A stretch of 12,825 bases of DNA, from assembly GCA_964579265.1 (NCBI GenBank), contig CAZOFO010000016.1, positions 1-12,825 on the forward strand. Reading direction: 5' to 3'. Shown piece after piece: positions 1 to 7,935 of this stretch (position 1 is the first letter of the stretch; each line of letters starts with the position of its first letter). The translations under genes were made by a program, and so were the position numbers. A model generated the notes under the pieces. It searched no databases. It saw nothing but the letters and a program-made list of their open reading frames with translations, and was not told the DNA's origin. This DNA comes from Candidatus Micrarchaeota archaeon (GTDB taxonomy: Archaea; B1Sed10-29).

Positions 1-42
1 GAATTTTAGGATTTCTTCTTCTACTTTTTGTGGGTCGTACAT
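1..42 (-). CDS. 5' end of a gene running off the window; probable class Ia aminoacyl-tRNA synthetase (IleRS-like N-terminus)
   Basis: ATG at 42-40, 1 nt after the methyltransferase stop and preceded by a GGTGA SD. It translates MYDPQKVEEEILKF, which resembles the 'Y(D/N)PxxxExxIxxFW' N-terminus of IleRS/LeuRS/ValRS. Only 14 codons are visible. Confidence 0.55.
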   Translation of the reverse strand, partial: MYDPQKVEEEILKF

Positions 43-43
43 C

Positions 44-820
44 TCAATCACCATTCTCCGGTTTTTTGGTTTCTACCACGAGTCTTTCTGCGTTCTGGTC
101 GTATGGGTCTCCTTTTTTGTTTCCGTAGACATTTATCTCTGTGAATCCTACTTTCTTCATGAGTTGTTTGAGTTCGAAGGCTGAGTAAATTCGATGTGAT
201 ACGTCGAATTCTTTTTTTTCTCCGTTTTCTCTTACTACTATCCATCTGTCTTCTAGCCAGGACCAATCTTTCTTTACTTTTCTTTCTTCTATTTTAATTG
301 CTTTTTCTCCATTTATTTCTTTTTCTTCCCAGTCTCTACCTTTAAATTTACTTGCTATTATTTCTTTCCCGGCTATTTCTATCAATAATCTTCCTCCTGG
401 TTTTAGGGAATTATATATTTTTTTTAGTACTTTTTTGTCGTCTTCTCTGTCTTCGAAGTATCCGAAGGATGTGCATAGGTTCACTACTATGTCGAATTCT
501 TCTTTTTCCTGGTATTTTCTCATGTCGTCTTGGATGAATTCTATTTCTAGGTTATTGTTTTTTGCTTTGCTTCTAGCTTCTTGAAGGTATTTTTCTGTTA
601 TGTCTACACCTGTTACTTCGTATCCTTTTTTTGCGAATGGTATGGAGTGTCTTCCGATTCCGCAGCATAGGTCGAGTATTTTTTGAGGTGGTTCTATCTC
701 TAGAAGTTCTTCTATCTTTTCTACTTCTCCTTGGGCTTTTTCCATGTTTCTTTTCCCGAATAGATCGAATTGGAATGTTTCCCAGAATTCTTCGTTTTCG
801 TGCCATTTTTTATCTGTCAT
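44..820 (-). CDS. Class I SAM-dependent methyltransferase
   Basis: Motif I ILDLCCGIGRH, motif II VTGVDIT, DMR and FDIVVNLCTSFGYF, plus LKPGGRLLIE. An AGGAG SD lies in the 11-nt gap after the valS stop. Confidence 0.9.
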   Translation of the reverse strand: MTDKKWHENEEFWETFQFDLFGKRNMEKAQGEVEKIEELLEIEPPQKILDLCCGIGRHSIPFAKKGYEVTGVDITEKYLQEARSKAKNNNLEIEFIQDDMRKYQEKEEFDIVVNLCTSFGYFEDREDDKKVLKKIYNSLKPGGRLLIEIAGKEIIASKFKGRDWEEKEINGEKAIKIEERKVKKDWSWLEDRWIVVRENGEKKEFDVSHRIYSAFELKQLMKKVGFTEINVYGNKKGDPYDQNAERLVVETKKPENGD

Positions 821-831
821 CTTTATCTCCT

Positions 832-3186
832 TTAATCCTGTTGGTTTCTGATGTTATGCATTTCTTTAAGATCTTCTTTGAATGGTTCGAGTTCTTTAGG
901 TATTTCTATGTTTTCTATTTCAGCGCTTAGAGATATGTTTTGATCTTTTTTCTCCTTCCAGATTTTGTGGTTGAAGTCTGTGATGTTTTCGGTAAGTTCC
1001 GCGTATTTTGTTTCTCTTTCTTTTTTTGTTTCTGGGAATTCTTGTTTGTGTACTGTTTCTTTGTAGAGTTTTCTATGTATTTTATCAGTGATGTGTGGGG
1101 AGATTGGAGCTATCATTTGTATTATTTCTTTTAGAACTGTGTGAAGGGTATGTAGAGTTGCTTTGTCTCCGTCGTATGCTTTTGATTTAACCATTTCTAG
1201 GTAGTGTGATGCGAATTCGTTTTGAACAAAGCTCTTTATTTTCGTGGCGGCTGGGAAAAAGTTGTATTTGTCGTATCCTTTTTTAGCTTCTTTTTTGACT
1301 TTGTTTAGTTCTCCCAGTATCCATTTGTCCGCTGGATTCAGTTCTTTGAAGTTATCTGTTTCTTTCTGCGGGAACATTGATACGAATCTTGCCGTGTTCC
1401 ACAGTTTTGTGAGGAATTTCTTTGCTCCTTTTATCCTTTGTTCTGATACTTGATAGTCTTCTCCTATGTTTGCTTCGCTTGCTGCCCAGTATCTGACTGC
1501 GTCAGCTCCATGGTTTTCTAGTAGGGGTTTTGTTGGTTTGAAGTTTTCTTTGCTTTTGCTCATTTCTTCTCCTTCTTCGTTTAGTCCCATTCCGTGTATC
1601 CATACTTTTCCAAATGGTTTTTTACCGTTTAGCTGCACGTTTCTTAGTGTTGTGTAGTAGAGCCATGTTCTTATTATATCTCTTCCTTGTGGTCTGATTA
1701 GTTTATCTGGGTATATCTTTTCGTATCTCTCTTGATCTCTGTCTTGTCCTGCGACGAATAGGTTTGATATGCTGGAGTCCATCCAGGTGTCGAATACTCT
1801 TTCTTCTCCTTTGAATCCCGGTTCTTTTTCACCGCAGTGTGGGCACTGGTCTATTGGTGGTTCTTCTTTCCAGGGCTGGTGGTATTTATCTAGCTCCGGC
1901 ACCACCGGTTCTCTGCATTCTTCGCAGTACCACATTGGTATTTCTGTTGCGTAGTAGTTTCTCCTTGAGATTACCCAGTCTATTGTGATTGATTCTATCC
2001 AGTCGAATAGTCTTCTTTTGTGTTGTGGTTGTAGGAATTCCATTTCTTCTGATTTTTCTTTTACTTCTTCGAGGAATTTTTTCTGGTTTAGGTACCATTC
2101 GTTCATCATTACTAGTTCTATTTTGCTTCCGCATGCTTCGCAGACTGGTTTTTTGTGCTGTATTTGCTCTTTTTCCGCTATTTTGTCTTCTCTTTCTAGA
2201 TCTTCCACGATTTTTTCTCTTGCTTTTTCTACTTCCATTCCTTCGTATTTTCCTGTTTTTTCAGTCATTTTTCTTTCTTTGTCTATCGCTTTTATTGGTT
2301 CTATTTCCAGTTCTCTGAATAGTTTTACATCTGTTTTGTCTCCGTAGCTACATATCATTACCATTCCTGATCCGAATTCTGGGTCTGCTTCGTGGTGGGG
2401 TTTTATTGGAACTTCTTTATCATAGATTGGTATTTCTATGGTTTTTCCGTGCAGTTCTTTGTATCTGTCATCTTCAGGGTGGACTAGGACTGCTTGACAT
2501 GCTCCAAGTAGTTCCGGTCTTGTCGTGGCTATTTCTTTTTCTTTTCCATCAGGCAGGTTAAATTTTAGGTAGTATAGAGATGTTGATCCTTCATCATAAT
2601 CTAGTTCAGCATCTGCTATAGTTGTTTTGCATCCTGGACACCAGTTATTTGGTCTGTAATCTTCGTATACTAGTTCTTTATCCCATAACTTTTTGAAGGT
2701 TTTCTGGGTCAGGTGTCTGTATTCCTCTTGATCGGTCTCGTAGTATATCCCTTCATTTTCCTGGAAGCTGAGTCCGGATCTATGGAATAATTCGTTTATT
2801 AGTTTTTGAGATTCATCGAGCAGGTCTTTGCATTTTTGATTGAATTTTTCTCTGTCTATTTTTTCTTTTGGTTTCCCTATTTTTTGTTTTGCTCTTCTTT
2901 CTATTTTTATTCCGTTTCTGTCGAAGCAGTTTGGGAATAGAACTTCTTTTCCCTGCATCCTCGCTGTTCTAGCCATCATGTCTATGTATGTGTAGGATAT
3001 TGCTTGTGCTGGATGCATTGGAAGTTCTTCTGTTCCTGAGGGGTATGCTGGTGGTGTGTCTATGGCGAGTATTTCTTTATCTGTATCTTTGTTGAATGAG
3101 TAGATTTCTTCCTCTTCCCATTTTTCCTGTATTCCAGGTTCGTGTTCGGGTTTCCATCTTTTTTCTTCGAGTTTTGGTTTAGACAT
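832..3186 (-). CDS. valS: Valine--tRNA ligase (archaeal type, no C-terminal coiled coil)
   Basis: DTPPxYPSG, editing-domain motifs ATTRPELL and DPEFGSGMVMICSYGD, DWVISR, FDTWMDSS, PQGRDIIRTW, MSKS, GADAVRYW and KLWN, with CxxC knuckles. GAGGT SD upstream. Confidence 0.93.
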   Translation of the reverse strand: MSKPKLEEKRWKPEHEPGIQEKWEEEEIYSFNKDTDKEILAIDTPPAYPSGTEELPMHPAQAISYTYIDMMARTARMQGKEVLFPNCFDRNGIKIERRAKQKIGKPKEKIDREKFNQKCKDLLDESQKLINELFHRSGLSFQENEGIYYETDQEEYRHLTQKTFKKLWDKELVYEDYRPNNWCPGCKTTIADAELDYDEGSTSLYYLKFNLPDGKEKEIATTRPELLGACQAVLVHPEDDRYKELHGKTIEIPIYDKEVPIKPHHEADPEFGSGMVMICSYGDKTDVKLFRELEIEPIKAIDKERKMTEKTGKYEGMEVEKAREKIVEDLEREDKIAEKEQIQHKKPVCEACGSKIELVMMNEWYLNQKKFLEEVKEKSEEMEFLQPQHKRRLFDWIESITIDWVISRRNYYATEIPMWYCEECREPVVPELDKYHQPWKEEPPIDQCPHCGEKEPGFKGEERVFDTWMDSSISNLFVAGQDRDQERYEKIYPDKLIRPQGRDIIRTWLYYTTLRNVQLNGKKPFGKVWIHGMGLNEEGEEMSKSKENFKPTKPLLENHGADAVRYWAASEANIGEDYQVSEQRIKGAKKFLTKLWNTARFVSMFPQKETDNFKELNPADKWILGELNKVKKEAKKGYDKYNFFPAATKIKSFVQNEFASHYLEMVKSKAYDGDKATLHTLHTVLKEIIQMIAPISPHITDKIHRKLYKETVHKQEFPETKKERETKYAELTENITDFNHKIWKEKKDQNISLSAEIENIEIPKELEPFKEDLKEMHNIRNQQD

Positions 3187-3191
3187 TTGAC

Positions 3192-3264
3192 TACCTCTAG
3201 TTGTTATTTTTTTCCCTCTCCGCTCTTTTTTATTCTGAGAAAGAGCGAAGTTAGAATAAAGGTA
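3192..3264 (-). promoter_or_regulatory. Putative attenuator RNA in the valS leader (anti-SD / hairpin / SD)
   Basis: An 11-bp stem CUUCGCUCUUU (3250-3240) pairs with AAAGAGCGGAG (3228-3218). UACCUUUA (3264-3257) is complementary to the SD region UAGAGGUA (3199-3192). UUUAUUCU (3260-3253) can alternatively pair with loop AGAAUAAA (3236-3229). Confidence 0.5.
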
Positions 3265-3337
3265 TGACTACTAGGTCCTTTGGCAGGATTAGTTGTTTTT
3301 TCGCTTTTTCACCTGTCTTGGTTGTTATCGACGGCAT
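3251..3337 (-). CDS. Putative valS leader peptide, 28 aa, MPSITTKTGEKAKKQLILPKDLVVIPLF
   Basis: Read manually because it is below the ORF-track cutoff. ATG at 3337, TAA at 3253-3251, GAGGA about 10 nt upstream. Its only Val codons are the tandem GTA GTC at 3271-3266. Confidence 0.55.
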   Translation of the reverse strand: MPSITTKTGEKAKKQLILPKDLVVIPLF

Positions 3338-3370
3338 CTTGATCAGTTCCTCGTTTTTCTTTAGAATCTT

Positions 3371-3426
3371 GTTTTTTTAAGTGTATTCTCCTTTTTAAGT
3401 TTGTGTTTTGATATTAAATTTAAATA
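3371..3426. promoter_or_regulatory. Divergent promoter region (valS leader / membrane protein gene)
   Basis: AT-rich. ACTTAAAAA occurs twice on the minus strand (about 3392-3400 and 3374-3382), and TTTAAATA is on the plus strand at 3419-3426. Confidence 0.4.
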
Positions 3427-3460
3427 GATGGTTTTCTTTTTTAGTAATGGTGTGGATCAA

Positions 3461-4192
3461 ATGATTGGATTCGTTACGCTTTTTTCGATTTTCGGGGTTG
3501 ATCTGACGGAATTGGTTGCGCCTATAGATACTTTTTTGATTGGTCTGGTTAGTTTAGCTTTTTCATCTATCTTCATACTTGAGTTCTATGAATTCATCTC
3601 TACTAAGGATATATTTAAGAAAGAGAGCAATTACCACAAGGCTGTGAAGTACTTTAAGGAGGATAAAGCTCGTGGAGTAGCTAACTTAGTTACTGCTTTT
3701 GAATACGTGTTTCTTTTCCCTCTTATCGTGTTTTTCTGGGCTTTTGTTTTCTTTGTAATACTCTTAATTGCTTCTGAGGCTCCTATAGTTGGTTCATTGC
3801 CTCAGATCAAGCATACTTTGATGCTTTCAGTTATGATTGTTGGAGCAGTTAGGATATGTGCTTATTATAGGAGAAAAATCGCTGAAGATCTTTCAAAGCT
3901 TCTTCCTTTGGTTTTAGTAGGTAATTTCCTTATTAGAGAGGTTCATTTGTCTTTTACAGAGGTCTTTAATAGATTTGAAGCTGTTTGGGATGCTATTTTA
4001 AATCCTGAGTTCCAGTTGTTTGCTTTGCATTACTTTATACTGCTTATCTTGATCGAGATGTTGTTGAGGGGTATTATTTATTTGAAGAGTAGGCATGATG
4101 TGGTTAAGAAGAGTGGGAAAATCGTGGAGGGGGAGGTTGAAGAAAAGGAAGATTCTGAGGGGGAGAAATGGAAGTTCCTTGAGGAAGATTAA
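3461..4192 (+). CDS. Uncharacterised multi-pass membrane protein (likely start ATG 3461; ORF extends to 3428)
   Basis: About 5-6 hydrophobic segments, a VRICAYY...DLSKLLP stretch and a charged C-tail. GGTGTGG precedes ATG 3461, whereas ATG 3428 abuts the TATA-like box. Confidence 0.75.
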   Translation: MIGFVTLFSIFGVDLTELVAPIDTFLIGLVSLAFSSIFILEFYEFISTKDIFKKESNYHKAVKYFKEDKARGVANLVTAFEYVFLFPLIVFFWAFVFFVILLIASEAPIVGSLPQIKHTLMLSVMIVGAVRICAYYRRKIAEDLSKLLPLVLVGNFLIREVHLSFTEVFNRFEAVWDAILNPEFQLFALHYFILLILIEMLLRGIIYLKSRHDVVKKSGKIVEGEVEEKEDSEGEKWKFLEED

Positions 4193-4207
4193 CTTTTAAT
4201 TATCTTT

Positions 4208-5656
4208 TTAATACTCTTTTCCAATGTAAACTACTTCGTTGGCTTTTTCTCCGCAGACTATGCATTTTTCATTTGGTTCTTCGTTTTTGTGGTGTATTGT
4301 TCCACGTACTTTTGCTCCTTTTGTTTCCGATGTTAGTATTTCTGCACATCTTTTACCGTCTTTATCTATGCTGCACCAGTTTGCTCTGGCTATTTTTCCT
4401 TCTTCAACTATTTTTTTCACTTCTTCTGTTGAATCTGCATTCTCTATATTGCCTTTGAATTCTTCTTTCGCCTGTTCTTTTAGTTCTTTTCTGATCTTAT
4501 CAGGTATTTCTTCTATGTATTCTTCCAGTTCTTTTTTATCTATTTCTTCTCTTTTCCCTGTGTCTCTTCTTTTGATTGTTAGTTTGTTTTCTTCTAATTC
4601 GTTTTCACCTATTTCTATTCTGATTGGTGTGCCCATCATTTCCCAGTGGTTGAATTTTTCTCCTGGTGTGGATTCCGAGTCATCTATTTCTACTCTTATA
4701 TTTTTTTCTTCTAGTTTTTGTTTTATTTCTTCCGCTAATTCTTCTATTTCACTGTCTTTTCCGTGTTTTATTGGCACTATCACTACTTGTGTTGGTGCTG
4801 TTTCCCATGTTAGTCTCAGTCCTTTGTTGTCTCCGTGTGTTGCTATGTAGGCTGCGAATATTCTTCCGACTGCTGGTCCGAAGCATGTTTGCCACACGTT
4901 TTTTTCTTCTCCGTCTTTATCTTCGTATGTTACGTTGAATGCTTTTGAGAAGTTCTCTCCTAATAAATGAGTGCTAGGTATCTGTAGGAATCTTCCATCG
5001 GGCATGAATGCGTCGGCTCCGAATGTGTGCACTGCTCCTGAGAATTTGTCCCATTCCGGTCTTTTGAAGTAGTGGAATGGTACTCCTAGTTTTTCGGTAA
5101 TTATCTTTTGGGCTATCTCTATGTCTTCTTCTACCTGTTTCTCCGCTTCTTCTCTATTTTTGAATGCGTCGTGTGATTCTATCCATTCGAATTCTCTGTC
5201 CCGTAGTAGAGGTCTTGTGTGTTTGGTTTCGTGTCTCCATACTGGACATCTTTGGTAGATTTTGTATGGTAGGTCTCTGTAGCTTGTTATCCATTTGCTG
5301 TACATGGTGTACATGACTGTTTCGCTAGTAGGGGTTAGTCCTAGTCTTTCTGGCAGTTCTTTTTTTCCTCCTTTTGTTATCCAGAATACTTCTGGTTCGA
5401 ATCCTTCTATGTGTTCTGCTTCTTTTTGCAGTATTGATTCCGGTATTGCGTTTGGGAACCTTGCTTTCCTGTGTCCTTTTTTCTTTAGTTCTTCTTCAAC
5501 CATGTTCATTATCTTGTCTTCCATGTACTCTGCATTGGGTCTGTGCGCTATGAAGCCTTTTACCGGGTATCTTTTATCGACTAGCTCTGCTTTTTTCAGT
5601 ATCTCGTCGAACCATTCTGAAAAGTTCTCTTCTTTGTCGATATCGAATTTTGCCAT
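4208..5656 (-). CDS. proS: Proline--tRNA ligase (archaeal/eukaryote type)
   Basis: FSEWF, PTSET, motif 2 WRHETKHTRPLLRDREF, HLLGENFSKAF, motif 3 QTCFG..R, HGDNKGL, an anticodon-binding domain, a C-terminal Zn site (WC...C...CIVC) and a terminal Tyr. Confidence 0.96.
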   Translation of the reverse strand: MAKFDIDKEENFSEWFDEILKKAELVDKRYPVKGFIAHRPNAEYMEDKIMNMVEEELKKKGHRKARFPNAIPESILQKEAEHIEGFEPEVFWITKGGKKELPERLGLTPTSETVMYTMYSKWITSYRDLPYKIYQRCPVWRHETKHTRPLLRDREFEWIESHDAFKNREEAEKQVEEDIEIAQKIITEKLGVPFHYFKRPEWDKFSGAVHTFGADAFMPDGRFLQIPSTHLLGENFSKAFNVTYEDKDGEEKNVWQTCFGPAVGRIFAAYIATHGDNKGLRLTWETAPTQVVIVPIKHGKDSEIEELAEEIKQKLEEKNIRVEIDDSESTPGEKFNHWEMMGTPIRIEIGENELEENKLTIKRRDTGKREEIDKKELEEYIEEIPDKIRKELKEQAKEEFKGNIENADSTEEVKKIVEEGKIARANWCSIDKDGKRCAEILTSETKGAKVRGTIHHKNEEPNEKCIVCGEKANEVVYIGKEY

Positions 5657-5738
5657 GGAAACTCACTATTTTTATTCTTTTTGGTTTAGTTAATTGTGCT
5701 TGTTTCTTTCTCAGTATTTCTCTGATTTAAGAATTCTT

Positions 5739-6146
5739 TCAATCTTCATTTTTTACTCTTGTTATTTCTTTGTGATCCATTACTTTTTTAACTATCACTG
5801 TTTGTCCTTGTTCAAGTTTGTTTCTTAGTTCTTCGTCTTCTGGTTTTTCTATTTCGAAGTTTTCGTAGCTTTCCATATCCATTAGCTGTATTCTGTTACC
5901 CATGTCTGCTACTATCTGTGCTTCGTCTCTTACTACTCTTGGTATCTTTATTCTTTCATCAACTGGTTTTGTGAAGCTGTGTTTGGATCCGTCTATCACT
6001 GATTTTCCTTTTACTCTTGCTTTGGCACTTCCATGTTTACCTGCTTTGCTTTTTGATATGGAACGTATTTTACATGGTTGTTCATCTATTAATGCTACGT
6101 CTCCTTCTTTGAGATCTTTGACTTCTCCTAGTTCGTAGTTTGGCAT
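5739..6146 (-). CDS. eif5a: Translation factor aIF5A
   Basis: Hypusination motif SKAGKHGSAKARV and QLMDMESYE. Strong AGGAGGT SD. Confidence 0.96.
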   Translation of the reverse strand: MPNYELGEVKDLKEGDVALIDEQPCKIRSISKSKAGKHGSAKARVKGKSVIDGSKHSFTKPVDERIKIPRVVRDEAQIVADMGNRIQLMDMESYENFEIEKPEDEELRNKLEQGQTVIVKKVMDHKEITRVKNED

Positions 6147-6159
6147 TGTTTTACCTCCT

Positions 6160-7281
6160 TCAAATTTTTTCTTTGATCGTTTTTTTGTTTGGTTTTTCTT
6201 GACTCTGTTCTCTCTTTTGTTTTTTGTCCTTCTGGTTTTTATCTTTATTTACTTCTTCCTCTTCTCGATAGTTCTTTATTCCCAGGTAGTAGGAGAATAT
6301 CAGTCCTATGATGGTTATTACCCAGAACTGGAAGAATCTATCCACTACTGTGTGTACCCCTGCTCCTTCGGTTGCTATTCCTGCTGAGGATATCATTATC
6401 ATCCTTGTTCCTTCTATTGCTCCGAGTCCTCCTGGTAGTATGGGTACCATTCCGGCTGCTCTTGAAACGAATATTAACGAAATCAATAGTGCGGGGTTTA
6501 CTTCTATTCCTATTGCTAGAAATACGAAGTAGGTTCTAGATACATCAGCTGTCCACATCAGTCCTGATGCTCCTGCTGCCTTTACCCATAGCTTTTTTTT
6601 GTTTACATATGCTCTTAGGTTTTCACTATGTTCTCTGAAGTCTTTTTTAAGTTTTTCCTGTGCTTTTTCTAACGGCTCGAATTTTTCAACTATTCTTTGG
6701 AATTTGTTCAAGAGCCACATCCCGAATCTAAGTCCAAATGTCTCTGAAGTCACGGTGTAGAATATTAGAAGAACCATTATGCTGGTGAATGCCACTAACA
6801 CTATCATCAGTAGGATTATCCATAGTGGTAGGTTGAACCAGAAGAAAGATATCAGTATTGCTACTATCCCTATGAATACGAAGAATCCTAGATCAAATAT
6901 TCTTTCAGCTATTATAGTTGCCAGAGAATCCTTTGACTTGCATCCTGTTTCTTTATTCAAGAAGTAGCTTCTTGCAGCTTCTCCTCCTGTTCTTGCTGAA
7001 GGAGTTAAATTAGCCACACTTATACCTGAAAAAGTGATCTGGAGAAGTTTCCATCTGGATACTTCTATATGAGTGTCATCTAATACAAATTTCCACCGGT
7101 ACATCATCCCTATTACCGCTACTATTTGTAGAGAAAAAGCTAGGATCAAGTACTTGGGTTCCATAACTCTTATTACTTGTATTAGTTTCTCTCTATCCAT
7201 GAATAAATATATTACAAATACTACTCCTATACCTACTGCGATAGTTGTAAACAGAAATTTCTTCAAATCCAATTTTATCAC
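6160..7281 (-). CDS. Flippase-like membrane protein (lysylphosphatidylglycerol synthase TM / UPF0104 family)
   Basis: RW in the N-terminal half, NLTPSARTGGEAARSYFL, ERIFD, PILPGGLGAIE and DRFFQFW, with many TM segments. Start is GTG 7281 or TTG 7272. Confidence 0.85.
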   Translation of the reverse strand: MIKLDLKKFLFTTIAVGIGVVFVIYLFMDREKLIQVIRVMEPKYLILAFSLQIVAVIGMMYRWKFVLDDTHIEVSRWKLLQITFSGISVANLTPSARTGGEAARSYFLNKETGCKSKDSLATIIAERIFDLGFFVFIGIVAILISFFWFNLPLWIILLMIVLVAFTSIMVLLIFYTVTSETFGLRFGMWLLNKFQRIVEKFEPLEKAQEKLKKDFREHSENLRAYVNKKKLWVKAAGASGLMWTADVSRTYFVFLAIGIEVNPALLISLIFVSRAAGMVPILPGGLGAIEGTRMIMISSAGIATEGAGVHTVVDRFFQFWVITIIGLIFSYYLGIKNYREEEEVNKDKNQKDKKQKREQSQEKPNKKTIKEKI

Positions 7282-7482
7282 TAATCTCCTTGTTTTCCCG
7301 TTACCCTGTCTTTTTTAATCTTTACCTCTCATCTTTTCAGGGTCTTACTTTTTCCTCATTTGATATATTAGTTTTTTGTGCCTCTACCTTTTTATCTTTT
7401 ATAAGGTCTTTACGAAGAGGAAGTTTTAATTACTGCTAAACATAAAATTAATTACACGGATTTAACAGGAAGGTGTGATCAG

Positions 7483-7935
7483 ATGCTCGAGAAGGTTAAG
7501 AAAAAGATAAAAAGAAAACACGAAAAAGAAGTACCGACCGTAGCACTCTTTGTAGACGGTCCAAACATGCTTAGAAAAGAATTCGACTACGATTTATCAG
7601 AAATACAGATCAAACTAGAAGAGATAGGTATGCTTAAAATAGGAAAAGTTTACCTAGATCAATACGCTCCAGATAAGCTGATAGAAGCGGTTACAAACCA
7701 AGGATTCGAACCCACAATGATAACAACAGCTGATGTAGATGCTCCAATGGCGGCTGACGTTATGGAAGCAGTATACAACGATAATATAGATAAAATAGCA
7801 ATAATGACAAGGGACTCAGATTTCCAGAGAGTACTGCTAAAAGCAAAGGAAAAAGGAAAAGACACAATAGTCATAGGAGCGGATTCAATGGCCGCTGCAC
7901 TGGAAAACACAGCCGACCATACTATAAAAGTCTAG
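7483..7935 (+). CDS. NYN-domain (PIN-like) protein, TIGR00288-like
   Basis: Acidic PIN/NYN motifs VALFVDGPNMLRKEF, DVDAPMAAD and TRDSDF, plus ALENTAD. GGTG SD. Confidence 0.88.
   Translation: MLEKVKKKIKRKHEKEVPTVALFVDGPNMLRKEFDYDLSEIQIKLEEIGMLKIGKVYLDQYAPDKLIEAVTNQGFEPTMITTADVDAPMAADVMEAVYNDNIDKIAIMTRDSDFQRVLLKAKEKGKDTIVIGADSMAAALENTADHTIKV

Noticed and set aside
5657..5738. Leader peptide upstream of proS analogous to the valS one
   Set aside because: No ATG-initiated ORF with Pro codons and no convincing structure in the 82-nt gap.
7303..7359. ACCCTG/CAGGGT inverted repeat and tiny minus-strand ORFs (MRKK, MRGKD) upstream of the flippase-like gene
   Set aside because: Only 6 bp with a 29-nt spacer, and the ORFs are 4-5 codons with no informative codons; compatible with chance.
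7282..7482. ORB-type replication origin at the divergence point
   Set aside because: No TCCAGTGGAAAC/G-string-like repeats and no adjacent cdc6/orc1; only the skew argument remains.
7483..7935. NYN protein as a toxin or defence nuclease
   Set aside because: It looks like the stand-alone conserved archaeal NYN family, with no antitoxin or defence genes adjacent.
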